Source: Acidimicrobiales bacterium
Lineage (GTDB): Bacteria > Actinomycetota > Acidimicrobiia > Acidimicrobiales > Bin134
NCBI GenBank assembly: GCA_965208805.1
Contig: OZ242355.1
Location: 1,584,267 to 1,648,266 of the forward strand
DNA length: 64,000 bases
Reading direction: 5' to 3'
Position 1 is the stretch's first letter; every line of letters begins with the position of its first letter. The notes beneath the pieces are model-generated. The model did not search any database, was not told where the DNA came from, and saw nothing but the letters and a program-made list of their open reading frames with translations. Shown piece by piece: positions 28,692-38,431 of this stretch. The position numbers and the translations under genes are program-made.

Positions 28692-29690
28692 TCAGGGGGA
28701 GGCAATCTCCCTCAGGGCGTCCACCGTGGCCTGCGGGCCGACGTCATCGCCCACATGCGCGCCGGTCAAGAGCACGATGGGGAGGTCCACGCCAGCGGCC
28801 CGATAGGTGTCAATTCGCTCGGCCAGCATGTCGGGTCCGAGGGCGCACTGAGCCAGCACGGCCTCATCGGGCACCATTGACAGCGCCTTGGCCCGATCGC
28901 CGTTGTTCCAGGCCTCGGCCACGTCCGGCAGGTTTTCGAATGTGCCGACAAAGGCAGGCTGGTGAGTAGGAACCATCGAGTAGGCCAATACCTGACGCCG
29001 CATCCGTTCCATGGCCTGTTCCGGATCGGGACCCGCGTAGGCCCAGAACGACAGCACGGTGGCCACCTCGCCAGAGCTGCGTCCGGCTTCCGCTGCCGCA
29101 GAATCGACGATGTCGCGCTTGGGCGCCACCTCCGAGGGCGGACACCACGTCATGAACACGGCGTCGGCGATCTCACCGGCCACGGCCAGCATCCGGGGGT
29201 TGATGGCCCCCAACCAGACAGGCACCTCCACGGGCGGCAAGTCGAGGCGGAACCCCTTGGATCGGAACCGTGCTCCATCGTGGTTGAGCTTTTCGCCAGC
29301 CAGCGCGGCCCGGAGCAGGCCGATGAACTCTCGCACGGTGGCCAGAGGCTGCTCGAAGTCTCCGCCGTGCCAGCGCCCCACCACGATGGGGCTACTGGCC
29401 CCGATCCCGGCAATCACTCGGCCGGGGGCCAGCGAGGCCAAGGTGGCGAAGCCCATGGCACTGAGGGCGGGGGAGCGGGTGTAGGCGGCCACGATGCCCG
29501 AGCCCAGCTTGATGCGCTCGGTGCGAGCGGCCATGGCCCCCAGGGTGGCGAACACCTCGGGTCCAGCCACTTCGCCCACTAGGGCAGTGTCGATCCCAGC
29601 TTGTTCGGCATGAACAACGAGATCAGCCAGCCATCCGATGGAGAGCCCGTCCTCCACCGGCATGGTGATGGCCACCGGAGAGTCGGTCAT
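28692..29690 (-). CDS. LLM-class flavin/F420-dependent oxidoreductase
   Basis: RIKLGSGI, RSPALSAM, GIGASSP, GAINPRML.VAGEIAD. Confidence 0.85.
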   Translation of the reverse strand: MTDSPVAITMPVEDGLSIGWLADLVVHAEQAGIDTALVGEVAGPEVFATLGAMAARTERIKLGSGIVAAYTRSPALSAMGFATLASLAPGRVIAGIGASSPIVVGRWHGGDFEQPLATVREFIGLLRAALAGEKLNHDGARFRSKGFRLDLPPVEVPVWLGAINPRMLAVAGEIADAVFMTWCPPSEVAPKRDIVDSAAAEAGRSSGEVATVLSFWAYAGPDPEQAMERMRRQVLAYSMVPTHQPAFVGTFENLPDVAEAWNNGDRAKALSMVPDEAVLAQCALGPDMLAERIDTYRAAGVDLPIVLLTGAHVGDDVGPQATVDALREIASP

Positions 29691-29714
29691 GTCTTGATCG
29701 CCCCGGGCGGTCTG

Positions 29715-30248
29715 CTAGCCAGCGAAACGGTCGTGGAGTTCGTCGGCGAGAGGCTGGTTCTCGGCATTGTCGGGATGGGGGAGCCACTCTTCGCCCACCG
29801 ACAGGTAGCGGGTGGCCAGTTCGATCAGCGGGCCATGGGCCTTGTCGGGGGGGATGAAGTTCCACTTCAGCCACGGCTGGGTGTCGGGATTGCTGGGGTT
29901 TTCCATCACCAGCGGGATGTCGGCGTCGCGCACCCCGTCGATCATGGTGTCGAAATCGTCCGAGCAGAAGGCGATGTGGTGGACGTATTCGCCCTTCTTG
30001 GCCAACACTTTGTCGGGCCAGTGGCCGGGTTCGGCGGGCGACCACAGCTGGATGGACACGCCGGTGGGGTCGGGGTTCTGGAACGTGACCCACGCCATGG
30101 GGGTGCCGTCCATGTCGTCGGCGCCCTCGCCTCGTGTGACCTTCATGGTGTGGCCCGGCGCCAGCACCTCCAGGATCTGCCGCCAATCTGCTTCGGCCTG
30201 GTCGAGGTCTTTCACCAAGAGTGAGATGTGGTCTATGTGGATGCCCAT
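29715..30248 (-). CDS. VOC-family protein (methylmalonyl-CoA epimerase-like)
   Basis: IDHISLLVKDL, GEYVHHIAF, FIPP..AHGPLIEL; start placed at ATG 30248. Confidence 0.8.
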   Translation of the reverse strand: MGIHIDHISLLVKDLDQAEADWRQILEVLAPGHTMKVTRGEGADDMDGTPMAWVTFQNPDPTGVSIQLWSPAEPGHWPDKVLAKKGEYVHHIAFCSDDFDTMIDGVRDADIPLVMENPSNPDTQPWLKWNFIPPDKAHGPLIELATRYLSVGEEWLPHPDNAENQPLADELHDRFAG

Positions 30249-30292
30249 TGTCTTCGCTGTCTCCTCGGGGATCTCTCCGTGAATTTTCCTGG

Positions 30293-31447
30293 CTACGCAG
30301 CCAGGTTCTCGATAATGGTGGCGTTGGCCAAGCCGCCGCCCTCGCACATGGTCTGGAGGCCGTAGCGTCCACCCGAGCGCTCTAGCTCGTTGAGCAGCGT
30401 GGTCATGATCCGGGCGCCGCTGGCTCCCAGGGGATGACCCAGGGCAATGGCTCCGCCGTTGACGTTCACCTTGTCCATGTCCACGCCGGTTTCCTTGGCC
30501 CAGGCCAGCACCACTGAGGCGAAGGCCTCGTTGCACTCGAACAGATCGATGTCGTCCAGACCCATGCCGGCGCGCTCCAGCACTTTGGCGGTGGCCGGAA
30601 TGGGGCCGGTGAGAATGAGCACAGGATCGCTGCCCACCACCGCCATGGTGTGGACTCGAGCCCGGGGGGTGAGGCCGTGTTCGGCCACCGCCTTCTCGGA
30701 GGCGATGAGCAACGCGGCCGAGCCGTCGGTGATCTGACTGGAGTTGGCCGCGGTCAGCGGGCCGTGCTCGGAAAACGGCTGCAGCTTGGCCATCTTCTCC
30801 AACGAGGTGTCGGGCCGGATGCCCTCGTCCCGGGCGCATTCGCCCACCGCCTGCACCTCCCGCTCGAATCGGCCCTCTTCCCAGGCCCGGGCCGCGTTCT
30901 GGTGGCTGCGCAAGGCCAGGCCGTTCATGTCCTCCAAGGTGACGTCCCACCGCTCGGCGATCAGGTTGCCGCCCCGGAATTGGTGGACTTCTTCGTCGCC
31001 GAAGCGCTTCGCCCAGCCGTCGCCATCGAAGGGGTAGCGCATGCCCAGATCAGGGCCCACGTCGCCCTGGCTGTTGAGGGTGATGAGGCTCATGACTTCC
31101 ACCCCACCGGCTACTACCAGATCCTGGGTGCCCGACATGACCCCTTGCGCGGCAAAATGCACCGCCTGCTGGGACGAGCCGCACTGGCGATCGATACTCA
31201 CCGCCGGTACGTGTTCGGGGAGGCCCGCCGACAGCCACGCGTTGCGGGCCACATTGAACGCCTGGGCGCCGATTTGGCCGACGCACCCCATGATGCAGTC
31301 GTCCACCGCGGCGGGGTCCACACCGGTGCGCTCAATCAGGCCGCTCAGGATGTTGGCGCCGAGGTCGGCCGGGTGCAAGTGGCTAAGTCCTCCGCCGAAG
31401 CGGCCCATAGGGGAGCGAACTGCGTCGATGATGTAGGCGTCGGCCAT
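30293..31447 (-). CDS. fadA6: Acetyl-CoA acyltransferase (thiolase), FadA6-like
   Basis: AYIIDAVR, DRQCGSSQQA, QFRGG.LIAE.W, NEAFA, GHPLGASG, MCEGGG. Confidence 0.8.
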   Translation of the reverse strand: MADAYIIDAVRSPMGRFGGGLSHLHPADLGANILSGLIERTGVDPAAVDDCIMGCVGQIGAQAFNVARNAWLSAGLPEHVPAVSIDRQCGSSQQAVHFAAQGVMSGTQDLVVAGGVEVMSLITLNSQGDVGPDLGMRYPFDGDGWAKRFGDEEVHQFRGGNLIAERWDVTLEDMNGLALRSHQNAARAWEEGRFEREVQAVGECARDEGIRPDTSLEKMAKLQPFSEHGPLTAANSSQITDGSAALLIASEKAVAEHGLTPRARVHTMAVVGSDPVLILTGPIPATAKVLERAGMGLDDIDLFECNEAFASVVLAWAKETGVDMDKVNVNGGAIALGHPLGASGARIMTTLLNELERSGGRYGLQTMCEGGGLANATIIENLAA

Positions 31448-31510
31448 GGCTATGTCCTCTGGATGCTTGTCTGGTGTGGTTGTTGGTTGTCCTTCGGCGA
31501 GCCGGGGTTT

Positions 31511-32368
31511 TCAGTCCACGGCCCGCTCGGCGGCGGCCACGGTGTTGGCCATAAGCATGGTACGGGTCATCGGCCCCACCCCGCCGATTCGCGGCGACAA
31601 CCAGCCCGCCACCTCAGCGACATCGTCGTCCACATCCGACACCAGCTTGCCGTCGGCAAAGCTCACCCCGGCAGCCACCACTGCCGCGCCGGGCTTGACC
31701 ATGTCGGCCTTCACCATGCGGGGTGCTCCGGCGGCGGCGATGAGAATGTCGGCGTTCTTGGTATAACGAGCGATGTCGCCCGCCCCGGTGTGGACCACGG
31801 TGACCGCGGCGTTGGCGTTGGGACGCTTCAGCGACAGCAAGTTGGCCAGCGGCCGGCCGATGGTGAGGCCCCGGCCGATGATCACCACGTGCTGGCCGGC
31901 AATGGGAATCTCGTAGCGCTCCAGCATCAACTGGATGCCCCGAGGGGTGCAGGCCAGCGGAGCATCCACCCCCTGCACCAGCCGCCCCAGGTTCACCGGG
32001 TGCAGCCCGTCGGCATCCTTTTCCGGCAGCACCCGTAACAAGGCAGTCTCGTAGTCAAGATGGTCGGGGAAGGGGTACTGCATGATGTAGGCGTCCACCG
32101 CCGGGTCGGCGTTGAAGTCGTCCACCACGGCGTCGACCTCTTCTTGTGACGCATCAGCAGGCAGGTGGACCTCCCGAGAGCCCATGCCCAACTCCTCGCT
32201 GTCGCGGTGCTTCATGGCCACGTAGTTGGCCGACGGCCCGTCGTCGCCCACCAACAGCGTCCCTAATCCCGGGGTTACGCCCTTCTCGGCCAGCGCGGCG
32301 ATCCGCTCCCGCAGGCCCTCTTTAATTTCGGCTGACAGCATTTCGCCGTCGAGTCTGATAGCAGTCAT
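31511..32368 (-). CDS. folD: Methylene-THF dehydrogenase/cyclohydrolase
   Basis: PGLGTLLVGDD..S..YV..K, KDADGLHP.NLG, CTPRG, GGVGPMT. Confidence 0.93.
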   Translation of the reverse strand: MTAIRLDGEMLSAEIKEGLRERIAALAEKGVTPGLGTLLVGDDGPSANYVAMKHRDSEELGMGSREVHLPADASQEEVDAVVDDFNADPAVDAYIMQYPFPDHLDYETALLRVLPEKDADGLHPVNLGRLVQGVDAPLACTPRGIQLMLERYEIPIAGQHVVIIGRGLTIGRPLANLLSLKRPNANAAVTVVHTGAGDIARYTKNADILIAAAGAPRMVKADMVKPGAAVVAAGVSFADGKLVSDVDDDVAEVAGWLSPRIGGVGPMTRTMLMANTVAAAERAVD

Positions 32369-32462
32369 CGCCCGGAATTCTCTCGCAAACGCTGCGGATT
32401 CACAATGACCAACTGGGCCCTTTACGACAGGAAGTCTCAGTACGGGTAATTCGGGCGACGGG

Positions 32463-33737
32463 CTAGGCCGCGGCGGTGTGGGTTGGTCCTCGGGGGAGTG
32501 CTCCGGCGGAGCCACGCTTCGGTGATTTCAATTGGTGTCTTCCGTCAGGGTCTCGAGCGACCGCGTAGCCCTGCTTGTGGACCTTCTTGTGGCACTTCGG
32601 GCAGAGCAGCACGAGGTTGGTGATGTCGGTGGGGCCGCCGTCGTCCCACCAGATGATGTGGTGGGCGTCGCAGACGTTGGCTCGCATCCCGCACCCGACG
32701 CACTGCTTGTCTCGGGCGATCAGCGCCAGCTTCTGAGCACCGGTGACGGCTCGCTGCTTTCTTCCTAGGTACAGCGGCTGGCCGTCGGTGGCGAAGATGG
32801 CGGGAATGATGCCGGCGTCGCAGGCGATGTGGCGCAGGTAGTCAACATCGATGGGCGTCCCGTCGACGAGTCCGGCGTTCTTGAGTTGCCCGCTGAGCGT
32901 GTCGTAGTCGACGGATACGACCAGCGTGGTGGCCTGCGGCACAATCCCGTCGCATTCTGAGTTGCCATCCTGAACGTCATCGCCAGTGGCGGACTCAGAA
33001 CTCTCAGGTCGTTGAGTAATGAGCGCGACCAGGGCGTCGGCGTTGCGTTGGTCGTGGGTGCGGTCGCTCTCAACCCTGGCGTCCTCGCGGAACAGCCGAT
33101 CGCTCAGGTCGTGGAGTGCGGTCTTGACTCGCTCACCGGCGATGCGATCCAGCTCGGCATACAAGATGACCATTTCGTTGTCTCCGTCGAACACCGTGGC
33201 GCTGCGACGCTCCCGCTGCCGCTCATGGCGGGTTAACCCGTCCTCAGCCCGGCGTTGATCCTCGATGCGAGCAACGGTCTTCTTGAACTGGTCGAGATCC
33301 TCGGAGACGGCCAAAGTGATGAGCTCAAGCTCTTCGGCCTCTGACAGCGGCGCCCTCTGATGCGACTCGCCCATCACCCGGGCATGGTCAATGGAGATCC
33401 ACCCCTGCTTGGCCGCCTCCAGCGTGTCGGGCAATGCCTTGAGCGCTCCCGCGGCCTTGGCCTGCTGACGAGCCCGATGACGCCCGAGCCCGAACTGGCG
33501 GCACAATTCTTCAACTGCGTCTTCCCCTTCGAGATCGCCAAGCCGCCCCAATAGGGCAGTCAGATAACCATCAAGCTGCCGCCGAGCACTGTCTGCCTGG
33601 AGGATCAATTTGACCAAATCACCCGACTCCAACCCCGAGAAATCAGCCAGCTCGACCTCTACGCCGCCACTGCCACGGCCCTTCTGCCCGAGGCCATCCC
33701 GAGTGGTGTTTTCCCTGGTGAGGCCACCTAAATCCAT
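32463..33737 (-). mobile_element. DUF222/13E12-type HNH endonuclease gene inserted in the C1 cluster
   Basis: R.HDQRNADALV, IACDA, LYLGR, RDKQCVGC...CDAHHI..W.DGGPTD..NLVLLCPKCHKKVH; separates fdh genes from folD. Confidence 0.82.
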
Positions 33738-33860
33738 GCCACAAGTTTATCGACGCCGGTGACAGTATCCCCCAAACAGGCTGGGCATTCAGAGAAGGTA
33801 GCGAGAGAGAACAATAACGGCTGAAGTTGCATCCGTTGCGACGAAGGGACTGCTATAGCC

Positions 33861-34700
33861 CTACACGTAATTCCAGCCGAAGCGGCCTTTGATGCAGAGG
33901 TTGCCGCGGGTGACGTCGTGGTCGTCGGGGGAGGTGCATTTGACGATCTGGTTGTCTTGCACGTGGAGTTCGAGGTTGCAGCCCACGCCGCAGTAGGAGC
34001 ACACGGTTTGGGTCACGGTTTGGTCGTCGGGGCGCCAGTCGTCGGCCTCACGCAGGTCGAACTCGGTCTTGAACTGGAGGGCGTTGGTGGGGCACACGGC
34101 CACGCAGTTGCCGCAGTACACGCAGGCTGAGTCGGGCAGGGTCACGTCGAACTCGGTGGAGATGCGGGCGCCGAAGCCCCGGCCGGCCACCGAGATGGCG
34201 TAGGTGTGCTGGGCGTCGTCGCCGCAGGCCTCCACGCAGCGGTAGCACAGCACGCACTTGTCGTAGTCGCGGATGTAGAGGTTGTCCTGCACCCGCACCG
34301 GCTCGTTCATGGTCTCGCCGCCGGGAACATAGCGGTGGGGGTCGGCCCCGTAGTGCTCGGCCCACTGGCCCAGCTCGTCGGCCTGGGACACGTCGACCCC
34401 GGTGGCCAGGAACTCCAACACCATCTTGCGGCTGTGGCGCACCCGTTCGCTGTCGGTGTGCACCACCATGCCCTCCTCGGCTGGGCGGGAGCAGGAGGGG
34501 ACCAGAGCCCGGCTGCCGTCCAGCTCTACCACGCACACCCGGCACACGTTCACCGGGGTGAGGGTGGGTCCGTAGCAGATAGTCGGAGTCTCCACCCCGG
34601 CGGCGTCGCAGGCATCCAGGATGGTGGCTCCCTCGGGCACGGCCACCTCTTGGCCGTCGACCCGGATGGTTACCGCAGTCTCAGTGACAGCAGGGCTCAC
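33861..34700 (-). CDS. Formate dehydrogenase Fe-S subunit (detached N-terminal part of the alpha chain)
   Basis: 2Fe-2S (C..CRVC..SC), CVLCYRCVEAC, CVYCGNCVAVC, and the Mo-enzyme 4Fe-4S motif CSYCGVGC..LCIKG. Confidence 0.88.
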   Translation of the reverse strand: MSPAVTETAVTIRVDGQEVAVPEGATILDACDAAGVETPTICYGPTLTPVNVCRVCVVELDGSRALVPSCSRPAEEGMVVHTDSERVRHSRKMVLEFLATGVDVSQADELGQWAEHYGADPHRYVPGGETMNEPVRVQDNLYIRDYDKCVLCYRCVEACGDDAQHTYAISVAGRGFGARISTEFDVTLPDSACVYCGNCVAVCPTNALQFKTEFDLREADDWRPDDQTVTQTVCSYCGVGCNLELHVQDNQIVKCTSPDDHDVTRGNLCIKGRFGWNYV

Positions 34701-36448
34701 GATCTATTTCCTATCAGTCCCAGCGCCAGAGCGGAGCGCACCGCGGCGGCCGCGGTGTGGCCCAGGCCGCAGATGGAGGCATCCACCATGGCCAGAGCCA
34801 TATCGTCGATCAGCTCGGCCCGCTGGGGGGACAGCAGCTGTCCGGAGGCTTGCAGCTCTACCAGCACCTCGTGCTGGCGCTGGGTACCGACCCGACAGGG
34901 GACGCACTGGCCGCACGACTCGTCCCGGAAGAACTCGGCGATGCGGACGACCACGGCCTCCATGTCGACGGTTTCGTCGAACACGGTGACCACGCCCGAA
35001 CCCAGGGTGGCCCCGGCCTCTCGGGCGTCTTCCAGGGTGAGAGGCATGTCGAGCGAGTCAGGTCCGACGAACACTCCAGCCGCGCCCCCCAGCAACACCG
35101 CGGCCAGCGAGCCCACCGGCCCTCCAGCCAGGTCGAGCAGTTCCCCAAGCGTGGTGCCGAATGGCACTTCGTAGAGGCCGGGTGCTCCCACCCGCCCCGA
35201 AAGGCAGAACAGCCGGGTGCCGGAGGAGCGCTCGGTGCCCACCGAGCGGTAGGCCTCGGGGCCGTCGACCACGATGTCCAATACGTTGACAAGAGTTTCG
35301 GGGTTGTTGATGGCGGTGGGCTGGTTGAACAGGCCATGCGTGGTGGGGAAGGGGGGCTTGTTGCGGGGCTCGCCCCGGAAGCCCTCGATGGAATTGAACA
35401 GCGCCGTCTCTTCCCCGCAGATGTAGGCCCCTGCCCCCCGGCGAAGCTCGATGTCGAATCGGTGACCGCTGCCAGCCACGCTGCCCCCCAACAGGCCCGC
35501 GGCCCGGGCTTGGGCGATGGCTCCCTCTAGTCGGGCGGTGGCCCGGGGGTATTCGCCTCGGATGTAGATCCACCCGTGGGGAGACCCGGTAGCCAGCCCG
35601 GCGATGGTCATCGACTCGATGACGGCGAAGGGGTCGTGCTCGCACAGGATCCGGTCCTTGAAGGTGCCGGGTTCCGACTCGTCGCAGTTGGCCACCACGT
35701 GTTTGTCCGGACCGGGCTCGTCGGCGACGGCCCGCCATTTGATGCCGGTGGGAAACGCTGCCCCGCCCCGCCCCGACAACCCGGAGTCGGAGATGGCCGA
35801 GATCACCGCATCAGGCCCCACTTCGATGGCAGAGGCCAACGCCTCGTAACCGCCGTGCTCCCGATAGGACTCCAAGGAGGTGGGATCGACTTCGCCCACC
35901 CGACGCAACACCCGCAGTCCTGGGTCGCCTGCTTGAGGCAAACGGAAGTCCTCGTCATCGTCAGCCGGCACCCGGTCGGACCGCCCCACGCCTTGGACAA
36001 ATAGCGCGGGAGCTCTTTCGCACTGACCGAGGCATGGGCTGTCGTGAACTCTGGCCCCGCTGGCTTCCAGTGACGCCCGCAGTTCATCGTTGCCGGCCAA
36101 TGCGCAGGACGGATCGACGCATACGTGAACCACGTCGTCGGTGTGTCCAGGGTCAGTGGTGCGAAGAAGCTCGTAGAAGGTAGCCACGCCGTAGGCCTCG
36201 GCCGGGGGCACTCCGAGCCGCTCGGCGGCCCCGTTCAAGCCACCGGGGCTGATCCAGCCGATCTCGTGTTGGAGCGAGTGCAGTACCGGCAGCAACTGAT
36301 GGCGAAGACCATGGCGCCGAGCGCGACCGCCGCGAACCAATCGCTCGGTCTCGGTGACGGTGGCGGCGTCTGCCTCAGGGACTATGGCATCGATCGCGGC
36401 CCGTTCGGCATCGGTGGGTTGGTCGTCGCCGAAGTGGAGGTCAGCCAA
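34697..36448 (-). CDS. Fused NuoE/NuoF-like NAD-binding subunit of formate dehydrogenase
   Basis: VATFY, CVDPSC, CLGQC; GRGGAAFP, DESEPGTFKD, YICGEE, ESCGQCVPCRVG, ICGLG; TTG start overlapping the upstream stop. Confidence 0.88.
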   Translation of the reverse strand: MADLHFGDDQPTDAERAAIDAIVPEADAATVTETERLVRGGRARRHGLRHQLLPVLHSLQHEIGWISPGGLNGAAERLGVPPAEAYGVATFYELLRTTDPGHTDDVVHVCVDPSCALAGNDELRASLEASGARVHDSPCLGQCERAPALFVQGVGRSDRVPADDDEDFRLPQAGDPGLRVLRRVGEVDPTSLESYREHGGYEALASAIEVGPDAVISAISDSGLSGRGGAAFPTGIKWRAVADEPGPDKHVVANCDESEPGTFKDRILCEHDPFAVIESMTIAGLATGSPHGWIYIRGEYPRATARLEGAIAQARAAGLLGGSVAGSGHRFDIELRRGAGAYICGEETALFNSIEGFRGEPRNKPPFPTTHGLFNQPTAINNPETLVNVLDIVVDGPEAYRSVGTERSSGTRLFCLSGRVGAPGLYEVPFGTTLGELLDLAGGPVGSLAAVLLGGAAGVFVGPDSLDMPLTLEDAREAGATLGSGVVTVFDETVDMEAVVVRIAEFFRDESCGQCVPCRVGTQRQHEVLVELQASGQLLSPQRAELIDDMALAMVDASICGLGHTAAAAVRSALALGLIGNRS

Positions 36449-38360
36449 CGGATGCCCCCGCTGTCTCGGGGGCATTGACCAGTTCTACCCTCACAGCCGC
36501 CGCTTTGAACTCGGCGGTCCCCGATTTGGGGTCCCAGTCGGGGTTGGTGAGCACGTTCACATCGATCAACTCAGGATGATGCAGGGTGGTGAAGGCCAGG
36601 CCCGAAGGCAAACTCGACACCAAACGGGCATTCATCTCCACTGATCCCCGGGGGGAGGACACTCGCACCAGGTCGCCGTTGGCGATGCCCAGGTTGGCAG
36701 CATCGGTCGGATTCAGATCGAGGCCGGCAAACCGCAGGGGCGAGTCATAGTTACCGCTCTGCACCCCGGTGTTGTAAGAGTCCAGTGCCCGCCCGGTGGT
36801 GAGGCGCAGGGGAAACTCCTCGCTCAACTCCTCGGTCGGTCCTTCGTGCTCCAGCACGGAGAACGGGGCCGGGTCGCGGCCCTCTAGATCGTCGGCCCAC
36901 AGCCAGCCGTGGAGGAAGGCACTGCCGGGGTGGTCTTCGTCGGGACACGGCCATTGCAACCCTCCAGAGGCCTCAAGGCGCTTCCAGGCCATGCCTTCGT
37001 GCATGGCCGACAAAGAGCGCAGCTCATCCCAGGCTGCCTCCGGGTCGCGGGGGCCCAAGGCAGAGCCCATGGCCTCAGCCATGTCGCACAAGATATCGAT
37101 GTCGTGTCGGGCCTGGCCGGGGGGAGAAACCGCGGGCCGCACCCGCTGAACCCGACGCTCGCTGGAGGTGACGGTGCCGTCGCTCTCGGCCCAGGCCACC
37201 GAGGCAGGCAGCACCACGTCGGCCATTTCCGCGGTGCGGGTCATCAAGATGTCCTGTACCACCAGGATGTCCAAGCTTTCGAGCTGGGCTCGGGCGTGGA
37301 GCACATCGGCCTCGGAATCAGCCGGATTCTCGCCGATCACATACAGCGCTCGCAGGTCTCCCCGCTCCATGGCCTCGAACATCAGCGTGAGGTGCCAGCC
37401 GGGCACCGGGTTGAGCTCCCGACCGTAGGCGGCCTCGAAACGGGCCCGATGTTCGGGATCATCCACGCTGGCGAAGCCGGGGAATTTGTTGGGGATGGCC
37501 CCCATGTCGCCGCCGCCCTGCACGTTGTTCTGACCCCGCAGCGGTACTAGCCCCGACCCCCACCGCCCGACATGGCCGGTGAGCAGAGCCAGGTTGCACA
37601 GCGACAGCACATTGTCAACCGCGTTGTGGTGCTCGGTGATGCCCAGGGTCCACAAGATTTGAGCCTTGTCGGCGGTGGCGTAGGAGTGGGCCATCTCCAC
37701 CACCACCTCGGCGGGGATGCCGCAGATAGCGGCCACCGCGTCAGGGGTAAATGGCTCTACCGAGACGGCGTAGGCCTCGAATCCCTGGGTGGAGTGGTCG
37801 ATGAAATCCTGGTTGGCCAGACCGGCGTGGATGATCTCCCGGCCGATGCCGTTGGCCAAGGCGATGTCGGTGCCTACGTCGATGCCCACCCACACGTCGG
37901 AGAATTGGGCCGAGGAGGTGTAGCGGGGGTCGACGCAGTACATGCGGGCGCCGTTGTCGAGGCCCTTGAGCAGGTGGTGGAAGAAGATGGGATGGGCCTC
38001 GCGGGCATTGGATCCCCACAAGAAGATCACGTCGGTTTCCTCAACCTCCTGGTAGGAGCAAGTGCCCCCTCCCGCTCCGAACACTGTCGCCAGACCGACG
38101 ACCGAAGGAGCGTGTCAAGTTCGGTTGCAGGAGTCGATGTTGTTGGATCCCACCACCGTGCGGATGAACTTCTGGGCGATGTAGTTCATCTCGTTGGTGG
38201 CCTTGGAGCAGCTGAACATCCCGAACGCCTGCGGCCCATGCTCAGACAGCACCTGGTTGAACCCGGTTGCGGCCCGCGACAGAGCCTCGTTCCACGTCGC
38301 TTCTCGCAGGCTCCCGTTGTCCCGCACCATCGGCACGGTCAAACGTCCCCGCCTCGCCAT
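36441..38360 (-). CDS. fdhF: Selenocysteine-containing formate dehydrogenase catalytic subunit (639 aa, Sec at UGA 38117-38115)
   Basis: ORFs 38115-38366 and 36441-38084 are in frame across one TGA: NNIDSCNRT-U-HAPSVVGL; PLRGQNNVQG; C-terminal molybdopterin dinucleotide-binding domain. Confidence 0.92.
38073..38114 (-). promoter_or_regulatory. Bacterial SECIS element of fdhF
   Basis: After UGA: CACGCUCCUUCG-GUCGUC-GGUCU-GGCGAC-AGUGUUCGGAGCG; upper stem with GGUCU loop as in E. coli fdhF, lower stem CGCUCC/GGAGCG. Confidence 0.8.
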
Positions 38361-38431
38361 TTGCACCCCTTTCCCCCAGAGACACCCTGAGGTTGCTCAA
38401 GCCTATCGGCCTGGTACGGCCTCGACCGCTG

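Noticed and set aside
30650..32038. Long antisense ORFs (e.g. 30650-32038, 5323-6594, 8720-9781, 27127-28269, 46794-48044)
   Set aside because: Shadow frames of high-GC genes with clear motif-bearing CDSs on the opposite strand
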